Positions 18,465-27,939 of a stretch of 64,000 nt of DNA are shown one piece after another. The notes beneath the pieces were generated by a model. The model had not been told where the DNA came from, made no database searches, and saw only the letters and a program-made list of their open reading frames with translations. The stretch covers positions 27,035-91,034 of the forward strand of contig JAFGXT010000014.1 in assembly GCA_016936495.1 (NCBI GenBank), given 5' to 3'. Position numbers and translations under genes: made by a program. Numbering within the stretch: the stretch's first letter is position 1; each line of letters begins with the position of its first letter. The stretch is from Victivallales bacterium (GTDB taxonomy: Bacteria; Verrucomicrobiota; Lentisphaeria; Victivallales; SZUA-371).

Positions 18465-19700
18465 TCATCTGGAACCGCAACATTTCTTGTATTTTTTACC
18501 GCTGCCACAGGGGCATGGGTCGTTGCGTCCCGGTTGTTTCAGACTGTGATAAGCTGTTCGTTGACGTTCAGCGACGATTTCCTCCGCCAGACGTTGAAAA
18601 CGTGTCATGGTATGGGTATAGAAAATACGCCAGCCTTCACAAAGAGCACTTAGATCTGATGAATCATTACCTGGACGATTTTTGGAGCAATCTCCTGCGC
18701 AAATGTGAAGGTATTCGCATTGACCGCAACGGGTGTTCCAAGCACGTTTACGTACTCCAAAGTCGTGATAGATGGGAGAGTTGAGCAGTGCCGGGAAATC
18801 GTCGACATGAATATTGCCGAGTTTGAGTTCCGGGCGGACGAAGAAGTCGCAAGGGAAGACGTCGCCGTTGTGTTCCAACACGAAGTACTGCCTGCAATCA
18901 ATACCCGCCTGACAACAGGTGGTGACACGATCTACCAACTTGGCAAGAATCGTATCAAAGAGGCGTACTGAGACCTTGCGGGTGTCCGCCGGATACCATT
19001 CGTCGAATATGGCACAGAGAAATTTCCCCCATTTGACCGGATCGACCGCGTACGGACGCAAGCGTCCTTCGGAATCAAATTCAACGCATTCGATGTATTG
19101 ATGATAATTTATTCCCAAGGATTTAAGATACCGGTAGATTTCAACCGGATGATCCTGATTGGTAGAGGATACCAAGGTAAGGACGTTGAATTCAACATGA
19201 TGTTTTTTGAGTATCTCTATGCCGCGCATCACCTCGGCATGAGTACCGTTTCCATTGATATTCACCCGGTTGACGTCATGCATTTCCGCCGAACCGTCGA
19301 CGCTGACGCCAACAAGAAAGCGGTTGGCTGCCAGAAATTCGCCCCAGGCGTCATCAAGCAGAGTGCCATTGGTCTGGAGCGCATTGGTAACCACTTGACC
19401 GGAAACGGAGTAGCGGCGTTGCAATTCAACGGCGCGGCGGAAAAAATCCAATCCCATAAGAGTAGGTTCTCCGCCCTGCCAGCAAAAGGAAGACGTGGGC
19501 TGACACAATTCCATGAACTTGCGGGTTATGGTCGCCAGCGTATCGTCATTCATCCGCGATACACCGTCGCCGAACATCTTGCATTTGCCTAGATAAAAGC
19601 AATAAGAGCAACGTAAATTGCAGGAACTGGACGCCGGTTTTATCAGCAATGAGAAATTATTTTTTATGGTTTTCTTTGCCTGATGTCTGTTCAACCCCAT
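18465..19700 (-). CDS. Anaerobic sulfatase-maturating enzyme (radical SAM/SPASM) with a C-terminal SEC-C motif
   Basis: Radical SAM cluster CNLRCSYCFY, SPASM-type CGQCEYLHICAGDC, and C-terminal PCPCGSGKKYKKCC. I prefer ATG 19700 (AGGA 8 nt upstream) to the track start 19736. Either start overlaps the TauE stop. Confidence 0.85.
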   Translation of the reverse strand: MGLNRHQAKKTIKNNFSLLIKPASSSCNLRCSYCFYLGKCKMFGDGVSRMNDDTLATITRKFMELCQPTSSFCWQGGEPTLMGLDFFRRAVELQRRYSVSGQVVTNALQTNGTLLDDAWGEFLAANRFLVGVSVDGSAEMHDVNRVNINGNGTHAEVMRGIEILKKHHVEFNVLTLVSSTNQDHPVEIYRYLKSLGINYHQYIECVEFDSEGRLRPYAVDPVKWGKFLCAIFDEWYPADTRKVSVRLFDTILAKLVDRVTTCCQAGIDCRQYFVLEHNGDVFPCDFFVRPELKLGNIHVDDFPALLNSPIYHDFGVRKRAWNTRCGQCEYLHICAGDCSKNRPGNDSSDLSALCEGWRIFYTHTMTRFQRLAEEIVAERQRTAYHSLKQPGRNDPCPCGSGKKYKKCCGSR

Positions 19701-20590
19701 AGCATAATTCCTATTTTGACTATTACCATCACCCATGCGGCTAGAACCACAAAACCAAAGCTCTTCTTAAGCCCTTCTCCTGAAATCTTTCTATGAATAC
19801 GTGCTCCGATTTTTGCTCCGAAAAGCGCACCAAAAAGAAGCGCGCCAGCGAGAATATAGTCGATATTGCCGTTGTACGCATGAAATCCGGAGCTGAACAA
19901 TCCGGCGGAGAAAACCAACATCATGCTGGTCTGTGTGGCGGCTTTGGTTTCCTGTCCGACCAAATAAAACAGTATGGGAATGATGATGACCCCGCCGCCG
20001 ATTCCGAGCATGCCGCTGAAAAATCCGACGATCAATCCAAGCATAATCATGACGGGAATGCTGAAATCGCCTCCATGAATGGTCCTGAATCTGAACAGCG
20101 GCGGAATACGCAAGCGGGATAGCACGGCGGGATGGTCGGTAACATCAACCTGCTTCTTCATTATAAAGCTGTCATATAGCATCCAGGCGGCTATCAGCAG
20201 CAACAGAACGGCAAAGATAATCAACAGGACGATATTGACCGGATCTATCTCGCGTCCGTTAAAATTCCAATCGGCAAGTCCTTTGAGATGTTGTACCTGA
20301 GTGGCTCCAAAATAAGCCCCCAGGGGAATCCCGATGCCGAAAAACATCGCTACTCTAATGCCGAGCAATCGTCGATCGAGATGTTCGTACAAGGCGAATG
20401 CCGACGCTCCGGTAACCTGGCAGGCACTGGTGCCCACTGCCAGATTCATCGGCAGTCCCATGAAGATATTCAGGGCGGGAGTGATGATAAACCCGCCTCC
20501 GGCTCCGAAAAGAGCGGTCAAAATCCCCACGGAAAAACCGATCAGGACGCCGAAACCAATAATGTACCAGTTTAAATCAATGCCAAACAT
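19691..20590 (-). CDS. TauE/SafE family anion (sulfite/sulfate-type) exporter
   Basis: 299 aa with two 4-TM repeats carrying GAGGG / GIGGG motifs typical of DUF81/TauE. Confidence 0.85.
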   Translation of the reverse strand: MFGIDLNWYIIGFGVLIGFSVGILTALFGAGGGFIITPALNIFMGLPMNLAVGTSACQVTGASAFALYEHLDRRLLGIRVAMFFGIGIPLGAYFGATQVQHLKGLADWNFNGREIDPVNIVLLIIFAVLLLLIAAWMLYDSFIMKKQVDVTDHPAVLSRLRIPPLFRFRTIHGGDFSIPVMIMLGLIVGFFSGMLGIGGGVIIIPILFYLVGQETKAATQTSMMLVFSAGLFSSGFHAYNGNIDYILAGALLFGALFGAKIGARIHRKISGEGLKKSFGFVVLAAWVMVIVKIGIMLWG

Positions 20591-20609
20591 AAAAATCCTT
20601 TATTAAAAA

Positions 20610-22088
20610 TTATTTGTCGCAAAATTCTTTGGGATGGCGTTTTTTCAGTTCTTCAATCGCCCAGCTGCGATCAGTTTGCTCAAGACGCTCACAGTATTGA
20701 GACAATTTTCCTCGAGCGTGGAACGGTCCGCCTTCGTGAATGACTTCCCACATCGGGTCATGAAAAAAACCTTGTGGCTGGGTGATCATCATTTCGTCGT
20801 GCCAATTCAAATATTTAGCGGCGGCTTCGCGGCAGATGTCCGGACGCTCTTCCGCCAGATTATGTTGTTCATACGGATCATCCTTAAGATTAAACAACAT
20901 TTCTTTCGGGAAAAGATGATAAAAATCGTGATAGGTACGCATGTAGAGCCAATCCCCCCAGCGCACAGACCGTTGACAACCGTGGCAACATTGCGAGAGA
21001 ATCAGTTCGTCGCGACCGGTATCCGCGCCGGAACGGATTGTGTCAGCATAGCTCCGACCGTCCCACCTCGGAAATGGCTCCTTGCCGAGCATGTCCGCCA
21101 AAGTTGGAATCAGGTCGATATTGTAGTGCAATCCGGTATCCGCATGATTTTCACAGCCGTCCGGCCAGCGGATAATCATCGGAATACGGCAGGTAATATT
21201 ATCGGCGGTGCCATGTTCCGCCCACATGCCCAATTCACCATGATTTTCACCATGGTCGGAACTGACGATAACAATCAGATCATCCATAATGCCTTTAGCA
21301 CGCAACGCGTCAAGGACACGACCAATGTGTTCATCCATGTAACGGATACCACAATCATAACCGTCGATATGTCGTCTGACCGAAGCCATGTCGGTAACTT
21401 TTCCTGGCTGACGCGGGAACTGGGGTTTCTCATTGTCGTTGTACATGTTAATATCGAGGATGCCGTGCGGCCCGACGGTATTTTTCAGTTGATAATTGAT
21501 CACATCTTCAGTGATCCAATCCGGGAGTGGTTCATCCTTAAAAGGGTTGCCAAACTCTTCTGGAGCCCGGTAAGGGGTATGAGGATCCCAATAATTAACA
21601 TGAAGGTACCAGTCATCCTTATCGGCATTGTGTTCAATCCAATCAAGAACAGTGGGAGTAACATCTTCGGCCGATTCCATTCCGCTTTTGCCGGTGTCAT
21701 GGATTTCAGTAAATCCGGCGTAAAAAGAGAATAACGAGTGCCGTTCGCCGAAACCGCCGATAAAAGTGGTATGCAATCCTGCCTCTTTATGAAGGAAAGC
21801 CGGCAATGTTTCAAAACTCAGCCAGCTTTTAAAGCCGCGACCGGAACCTTCCAGCCTGACGTCGGCATTAGTGCCGCCATGATTAATGGCACCGTTGTGA
21901 ATACCAAAACGACCGGTCATCATCGCTGAACGCGAAGGCAGACAGGGGGCGTCGGAAGTGTAATAGTTTTCGCATCTTACGCCTTCAGACGCAATCCAGT
22001 CGATGTTTGGAGACGTGTTCCGATGGTATCCATAACAGCCTAGATGGTCAGGACGCAGAGTGTCCAGATCAAAATACAAAATTCTCAT
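20610..22088 (-). CDS. Cys-type sulfatase, no signal peptide
   Basis: MRILYFDLDTLRPDHLGCYG... with the formylglycine motif CLPSRSAMMTGR. The N-terminus has no hydrophobic leader. Confidence 0.9.
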   Translation of the reverse strand: MRILYFDLDTLRPDHLGCYGYHRNTSPNIDWIASEGVRCENYYTSDAPCLPSRSAMMTGRFGIHNGAINHGGTNADVRLEGSGRGFKSWLSFETLPAFLHKEAGLHTTFIGGFGERHSLFSFYAGFTEIHDTGKSGMESAEDVTPTVLDWIEHNADKDDWYLHVNYWDPHTPYRAPEEFGNPFKDEPLPDWITEDVINYQLKNTVGPHGILDINMYNDNEKPQFPRQPGKVTDMASVRRHIDGYDCGIRYMDEHIGRVLDALRAKGIMDDLIVIVSSDHGENHGELGMWAEHGTADNITCRIPMIIRWPDGCENHADTGLHYNIDLIPTLADMLGKEPFPRWDGRSYADTIRSGADTGRDELILSQCCHGCQRSVRWGDWLYMRTYHDFYHLFPKEMLFNLKDDPYEQHNLAEERPDICREAAAKYLNWHDEMMITQPQGFFHDPMWEVIHEGGPFHARGKLSQYCERLEQTDRSWAIEELKKRHPKEFCDK

Positions 22089-22195
22089 GATAGAACCTCT
22101 CTTTTACAGTGTTAATTTTTATAAAAAGCATCTGGGTATCTTTCTCTGGAACGCTTTTATTTATGCTCCCTTTCATAATGTATGCTTTATGCTTT

Positions 22196-23713
22196 TCAGG
22201 CACACCATACCCGTGGCATCAATACCGGTTCATTGCCCATTTCAGCGTGTATGAATTTAAGCAGGAGGTCTTTTTTCAGGTCTTGATGTTCCTGACTGTT
22301 CCATAAATTGGTCAATTCGCCAGGGTCTTGTTCCAGATCGAACAATTCACCGTATTCCCGGTTGTAATAAACGGTTATCTTGTAGCGTTCATTGATGCAG
22401 GAGCGGATGTTCATCGTGGTCGGCTGATGTCGGTTTTCGACAACAACATGGTTACGGGCAGAATCTGATGTCCCTTGCCAAACTTGTTTCTGACTGACTC
22501 CGGTCATGCAGCGCGGCACCTCCAAATCACAAAAATCAAGGACGGTCGGCGCCAAATCAACCAGCGACTGCATTGCCTGACTTTGCCTGTCTGCCGGAAT
22601 GCGCCCGGGGCTGGATACGACAAACGGAATTTTAAGCATGTCTTCATAGTGAAAAATACATTTGGCGGTCAAACCGTGATGTCCGTGGAAATGACCGTGG
22701 TCAGTTGTGAAAACTACTATTGTGTTATCCGCCAAGCCCAGCTCTTCGAGTTTATCGAGAATTTTTCCGATATACTTATCCATCATACTGACCATGCCGT
22801 AATAAACCGCAATATCTTCAGCCAGTTGTTTTGGGTCATGCAAATGAGAATGCAGTCCATGAATACCATTGCCGTCTGGCTCCTCGTACGCACTGCCATC
22901 AACTTCTTTTTGCCTGGTCATGTTGTAATGCGGGGGCATATTGGAAAAATCTTCGTCAGGGTGCATCTGAGGAACTATGAGTTTGTCAGGGTCGTACATC
23001 GTATCCCAAGGCTCAGGAACTAAATATGACGGATGCGGATCGGGAAAACTCGCCCACAGGAAAAAATGATCACCATTTTCCGCGTATTCCTCCATCATGG
23101 CATTAGTGCGTTCGGCAATCCAGGCGTCATAATGATATTCCTCCGGCAGATTCCATTTGTGTCGCTGGCAATCGGCGGTGCCAGCGGGTTTTGAAAAATA
23201 TCCCTGCCAGTCAAATCCTTTTGCCTCCATCCATAATGCATAGTGTTGACCCACATGGGATTCATCGGTATGATTGCGGCACAATTCGACGTGATCAAAG
23301 CCGTAAAAAGGTCCGGTAAACGTCCTCCAGAAGTTCAAATTCTGTTGTAACGGATTAGACTCAATGGAGCGATACTGCGTATGGTCAAGCAATTGTTGAA
23401 AATGCGCTTTGCCGATTAACGCGCTACGGTAACCGCCCTGATGAAAGAAATCTCCAAGAGTGGGCACGTTTTCCGGCAGTTTAGTTCCCAGGCTGTAAGC
23501 TCCGTGCTGACTGGGATACATCCCGGTTATTATCGATGCGCGAGCCGGAGTACAGGTCGGATTAGAACAATAAGCCCGTGTGAATACGGTTCCCGACTTT
23601 GCCAAGCGATCCAGATTAGGAGTGCGCAGCTCGGAATTTATATAACCCAGTGCGTTAAAATGATGTTGATCGCTGGTAATGAGTAAAATATTCGGTCGCT
23701 TGCTCATGGTCAT
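22196..23713 (-). CDS. Cys-type sulfatase, no signal peptide
   Basis: RPNILLITSDQH and formylglycine motif CTPARASIITGMYP. No leader peptide. Confidence 0.9.
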   Translation of the reverse strand: MTMSKRPNILLITSDQHHFNALGYINSELRTPNLDRLAKSGTVFTRAYCSNPTCTPARASIITGMYPSQHGAYSLGTKLPENVPTLGDFFHQGGYRSALIGKAHFQQLLDHTQYRSIESNPLQQNLNFWRTFTGPFYGFDHVELCRNHTDESHVGQHYALWMEAKGFDWQGYFSKPAGTADCQRHKWNLPEEYHYDAWIAERTNAMMEEYAENGDHFFLWASFPDPHPSYLVPEPWDTMYDPDKLIVPQMHPDEDFSNMPPHYNMTRQKEVDGSAYEEPDGNGIHGLHSHLHDPKQLAEDIAVYYGMVSMMDKYIGKILDKLEELGLADNTIVVFTTDHGHFHGHHGLTAKCIFHYEDMLKIPFVVSSPGRIPADRQSQAMQSLVDLAPTVLDFCDLEVPRCMTGVSQKQVWQGTSDSARNHVVVENRHQPTTMNIRSCINERYKITVYYNREYGELFDLEQDPGELTNLWNSQEHQDLKKDLLLKFIHAEMGNEPVLMPRVWCA

Positions 23714-23725
23714 ATCCTTATTGTT

Positions 23726-25048
23726 TTATCTAGTTCCCGGTCGCATGGTTGCTTTCTGATCCGGGTCTATGCCGTCGCGTGGATTCAATAGCGCGGTCGG
23801 CGGCAAGGGTACATCCGAAGCGGGCAGGAAATCGCCGGTAGCCGTCATGACTTCCGCCAGTCTGGAGCGCATTCCCAACAGAATCTGCTGATAATCCGGA
23901 CTTTGAGCCAAATTATTGCTTTCGTTAGGATCAAAAACCAGATCGTACAGGGCTTCTTCAACTGGAGCCATATTTTTCCAGCCCTTATCCAGCCAGCAGT
24001 CTTTTGACGGACTGGCGTCGCAGTTAGGCAGAACCGGGGCATGACGCGGATCATAGCGACGAATATACTTATAACGCTCTGTACGGAGCCCGCGCATAGG
24101 CTCGTAAGCCGCGTGATAATTGATTTCCAACAGAAGGTCATCCCGGACGCAATCACATTGACCGTTGACCAACGGCAGAAATGATACTCCTTGAAGTCGG
24201 GACGGAGCTTCAATATCTAGATACTCACAGAGGGTCGGGAAAATATCAATCTGACCGACCATTGCGTCAATTACTTTGCCGCCGGAAAATCCGTCTGGAC
24301 CGCGCATAAGCAGCATGACACCGATACCTGAGTCTTGCAGATTGCATTTCATTCGCGGAAAAGCAATGCCATGATCGGTGGTACAGATTACCAAGGTATT
24401 TTCGGCAAGACCGCTGTCTTCAAGCGCTTGAAGGACTATGCCGATTTTTGTGTCTAAAATTTCCGCGCTGCGTTTAAATCTTGCCATGTCCAGACGGGTC
24501 TCCGGGGTGTCCGGCAGTGGCGCGGGCGGCATACAATAACGCGTATCCTGAGCCGGGGTTGCTTCAGGAAACTCACGATGAGTTTCAAATAAGCCGACAC
24601 TGAGAAAAAACGGATCGACAGGTTTACTGCGCAGAAATTCCGCCGCGTTGATTTCCGCTTCGGCGGCTTCGCCGAGATGAACGTCATAACCTATGGTTTT
24701 CCAAGGTGTTTGACCATGGGCTATATGTTGTATGCCACTGAGTAGACTGCGATAACCGTGCGGTCGCAGAATATGCAGCAGATGCTTGGAATAATCGTTC
24801 AACGCAAATCCCCGGTGAGCCAGTCCGAGTATGCCGTTGCTATGCGGATATTCTCCGGTAAGCAAACAGGCGCGGCTGGGTGAACAGGTAGGCGAAGAGG
24901 TGAACGCCTGACGGAACATGACGCCTTCTTCGGCCAATCGTTGAAGGTTGGGCGTCGGTACAGCATGACCATAAGGCTGAATATATCTGCCGGTATCATG
25001 GGAATGAATATAAAGGATATTGGGTCTGGTCATGACTGTGTTCCTCAA
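23726..25048 (-). CDS. Cys-type sulfatase, no signal peptide
   Basis: RPNILYIHSHDTG and formylglycine motif CSPSRACLLTGEYP. No leader peptide. Confidence 0.9.
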   Translation of the reverse strand: MRNTVMTRPNILYIHSHDTGRYIQPYGHAVPTPNLQRLAEEGVMFRQAFTSSPTCSPSRACLLTGEYPHSNGILGLAHRGFALNDYSKHLLHILRPHGYRSLLSGIQHIAHGQTPWKTIGYDVHLGEAAEAEINAAEFLRSKPVDPFFLSVGLFETHREFPEATPAQDTRYCMPPAPLPDTPETRLDMARFKRSAEILDTKIGIVLQALEDSGLAENTLVICTTDHGIAFPRMKCNLQDSGIGVMLLMRGPDGFSGGKVIDAMVGQIDIFPTLCEYLDIEAPSRLQGVSFLPLVNGQCDCVRDDLLLEINYHAAYEPMRGLRTERYKYIRRYDPRHAPVLPNCDASPSKDCWLDKGWKNMAPVEEALYDLVFDPNESNNLAQSPDYQQILLGMRSRLAEVMTATGDFLPASDVPLPPTALLNPRDGIDPDQKATMRPGTR

Positions 25049-25060
25049 GTTAAATTAAAA

Positions 25061-25822
25061 TTATGTATTAATACGTCTGGCTAAAAAATCAGAGAGTTTA
25101 TCCGCATGTTTAGCCAACTCTTTACCTAAAGCTTGAATTTCTTCGGTTCGCAAAGGAGATGGACACGAAGTACCAAGAGCTCCTGTTATTCTGCCCTGGG
25201 CGTCGCGTATCGGTGCCGCAAAACGTAAACGCCCCTTGTAAACTTCCTCATTATCCAAAGCAAATCCATTGGCTATAAGATATTTTTTCCGCTTCGCCGG
25301 ACAGTCTCTGATAAGCTCAGGACATTCCATATATCCATCGAAGCGCTCCCGTTCTTCCGCATCGAGAGAAAGATAGAAAAGCCAGCCCCACGGATACTTG
25401 GATAGATCACGGGTCACACTGCCGACTTCAAGCATGGCAATACCGCCTTCGCGCTGCTCTTTAGCCATCACCTGAAAGCCATTGCCATTCCAGTAAACGC
25501 ATAATACGGTACAACCGGTGGTATCCGTGAATGATCCAAGTATGCGCGGTGCCTCAGAACGCATGACGTCGGCGACAGGCGCATTCATTCCGGCAAAATT
25601 CATACGGCGTCCAGGCAGCCAGCACGAACGAGCTTCGTCTTTTTGAACATAACCGCGTTCCGCCAGAGTTTTAAGTATTCTCAGTACGCTGCTCCTGCTT
25701 ACCGGGAGTTGTCGGCACAATTCATTAAAGCCCGCTTCTTTGTGGCTATACAAATATTCCATTATATCCAGACCGGCATCCAGAGCCGGCGTATAGGATT
25801 TACTTTTCGGCTCGGGTGTCAT
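25061..25822 (-). CDS. IclR family transcriptional regulator
   Basis: N-terminal wHTH LDAGLDIMEYLYSHKEAGFNELCRQLPVSRSSVLRILKTLAERGYV plus an IclR-type effector domain. It heads the sulfatase operon. Confidence 0.85.
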   Translation of the reverse strand: MTPEPKSKSYTPALDAGLDIMEYLYSHKEAGFNELCRQLPVSRSSVLRILKTLAERGYVQKDEARSCWLPGRRMNFAGMNAPVADVMRSEAPRILGSFTDTTGCTVLCVYWNGNGFQVMAKEQREGGIAMLEVGSVTRDLSKYPWGWLFYLSLDAEERERFDGYMECPELIRDCPAKRKKYLIANGFALDNEEVYKGRLRFAAPIRDAQGRITGALGTSCPSPLRTEEIQALGKELAKHADKLSDFLARRINT

Positions 25823-26072
25823 ATATCATACCATAGTTGTTTATATGACACTATATATGTGGGAAAAATAAAAGTCAAGGTGTGATGAGAGAAAGCATGA
25901 ATAAAAATGCGGGTTTGATAATGCGACGAGACTGACAGAAAATATATCTGTCAGTCCCGTCTAATGCCTTACTCTTTGCGGACATCAGAGGATAAATATT
26001 GGTTCGCTGAAAAACTATCTACTTTTTCAATTTACATATCCTGAAATGTGAGAACAAATTTATAAATGGGTA

Positions 26073-26101
26073 TTGACTTGTATAAAATGAGGTGCTATAA
26101 T
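26073..26101 (+). promoter_or_regulatory. Near-consensus sigma70-type promoter of cassette 2
   Basis: TTGACT (26073-26078), 17-nt spacer, TATAAT (26096-26101). It is followed by the imperfect palindrome GGTAATTAGTTACC (26105-26118), about 40 nt upstream of the LacI gene. Confidence 0.5.
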
Positions 26102-26140
26102 TAGGGTAATTAGTTACCTTAATTGTTTTGAGAAGGAATT

Positions 26141-27208
26141 ATGAACAAGAGTAAGGCAGTAAACATTCGGGATATAGCCAATGAGGCAGGCGTGTCAGTC
26201 GCCTCGGTATCCCGTGCGTTACAACCAGTCGCCAGTAAAAAGCTGGCGGAAAAAACGCGTAAGCATATTCTGGAAGTATGCGAGCGTATGAATTATCAGC
26301 CGAATGAATTATTCCGGCGGATGAGGAGGCGGCGCGCAAATACAGTGGCATTCATATTTCCTGCGCAGGATACGTCAGTGCATGGCGGTTATGGACATTA
26401 TATGGACTTTAACATGGCGGCAAGTCTCAGCGGAGCCCAGGAGTTTATGGCGACGCACGAAATAGATATTCTTTTACTGGAAGCGACGCCTGCTTTTATT
26501 GCTTCACGGCGTTATTTGAAGATGATCCGGGGACAGTTGCTTGACGGCGTCATTGTCTGGGGCATAACTTATAATGCGGATTATGTCGCGGAAATACTCG
26601 GGGAAAACATCCCTGTGGTAATGCTTCAGACTGAGGATGAAAAGTATAATTGTTCAAAAGTGGTGTCGGACGAATACAAAGCAATGGGAGAACTGGTGAA
26701 CCGGGTGGTGAAAGCCGGGCACCGTCATATCGCAGTACTTAATTCTCCACAGACGTCTTCCGGTGGAGTTCAACGTACAAATGGCGTCAACGCGGCGTTA
26801 CAAGCATGCAGCATCACTCCCGATTATGCTTCGGACAGAAGCGGATATGATTATCAGTTCGGTTATGAAGAGGCGGAACGGATAATCACTGGCGCTTCGC
26901 ATATCACCTGCATAATATGCCCATGCAACGCCGTGGCGTTTGGATGCGTCGCGGCATTGGAAAAACACGGGAAACGTATTCCCGATGATATATCCGTAGC
27001 CGGAGCGGGTGGCATGAATCTGCCCGGCATTACTTATAAGCTGGACAGTTTTTTATATCCCTCGCGTGAAATAGGCCGCAAAGGAGCGGAAATACTGCTC
27101 AAACATATCAACGGCAATCTCACACCGGAAAAAGTCGTTATCCCCACTATCCCCTTTCCCGGAAAGACCATCAGCAACTTAACCCCGCAATTTAAGGAGA
27201 ATCAATAA
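26141..27208 (+). CDS. LacI family transcriptional regulator
   Basis: [23 protein letters not shown] followed by a PBP-type sugar-binding domain. Confidence 0.9.
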   Translation: MNKSKAVNIRDIANEAGVSVASVSRALQPVASKKLAEKTRKHILEVCERMNYQPNELFRRMRRRRANTVAFIFPAQDTSVHGGYGHYMDFNMAASLSGAQEFMATHEIDILLLEATPAFIASRRYLKMIRGQLLDGVIVWGITYNADYVAEILGENIPVVMLQTEDEKYNCSKVVSDEYKAMGELVNRVVKAGHRHIAVLNSPQTSSGGVQRTNGVNAALQACSITPDYASDRSGYDYQFGYEEAERIITGASHITCIICPCNAVAFGCVAALEKHGKRIPDDISVAGAGGMNLPGITYKLDSFLYPSREIGRKGAEILLKHINGNLTPEKVVIPTIPFPGKTISNLTPQFKENQ

Positions 27209-27210
27209 TC

Positions 27211-27924
27211 ATGAAAAGGCAAACGTCTCAAGCTGGTTGTAACTTTACGCTAATAGAACTCCTCATTGTAATCGCCATTATAGCAATTTTAGCGGCAATG
27301 CTGCTTCCTGCGCTGGGTCGGGCGCGGCAAATGGCATACCAAGCATCTTGTATCAACAACGAAAAACAAATGGGTTCGGCGTTCGCCCAGTATGCCAATG
27401 ATTTTGACGATTTTATTCCGCGGGTGATCTGGCAGGGGACGGCTGCCTCTAGTGGGATGCGCAACTCTTGGGATTGGGTGTTGCGTCCATATATGGCAAA
27501 CAACGACAAGATATTTCATTGTCCACTGGATGTTTTTGGCAAGCGCAGTTCATTTGCGGCAACTCCGCAGTCATATATTATCAATCACCCGGCGTCTAAT
27601 GCCACCAAGCAGGATGTGTTCAGCTATACGCCTCCCGGCAATAAGATCGGAAAAATTCGCAAGCCCAGTCAGGTTACAATGCTGGTCTGCGGGAATAACT
27701 CCAAATATCTGACCCGCTGGGTCGGTTGTGACAATCCCTTTGCCTGGAGTTATGGCTATCTCCATTATGAACCGTATATAAGTACGAGCCGAGGGCACAA
27801 TAACGGAACTAATTTCCTGATGATTGACGGTTCCGCACAAAATCTACGTTTTGGTGATTATGCGTATATGTCCGGCGGAAACGCCTATGCGATATCAAGA
27901 ACCTTATGGCAAATAAATCAATAA
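27211..27924 (+). CDS. Prepilin-type N-terminal domain protein with H-X9-DG motif (pseudopilin-like)
   Basis: [27 protein letters not shown]-terminus and C-terminal [12 protein letters not shown] (H-X9-DG). Starts 2 nt after the lacI stop with an AAGGAG RBS. Confidence 0.85.
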   Translation: MKRQTSQAGCNFTLIELLIVIAIIAILAAMLLPALGRARQMAYQASCINNEKQMGSAFAQYANDFDDFIPRVIWQGTAASSGMRNSWDWVLRPYMANNDKIFHCPLDVFGKRSSFAATPQSYIINHPASNATKQDVFSYTPPGNKIGKIRKPSQVTMLVCGNNSKYLTRWVGCDNPFAWSYGYLHYEPYISTSRGHNNGTNFLMIDGSAQNLRFGDYAYMSGGNAYAISRTLWQINQ

Positions 27925-27939
27925 ATCAAGGATTAAATC

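Noticed and set aside
20634-21734. 366-aa + strand ORF inside the third sulfatase gene
   Set aside because: It is fully antisense to a sulfatase with clear family motifs. Its sequence has no recognisable domain and has odd composition. This is a typical shadow ORF.
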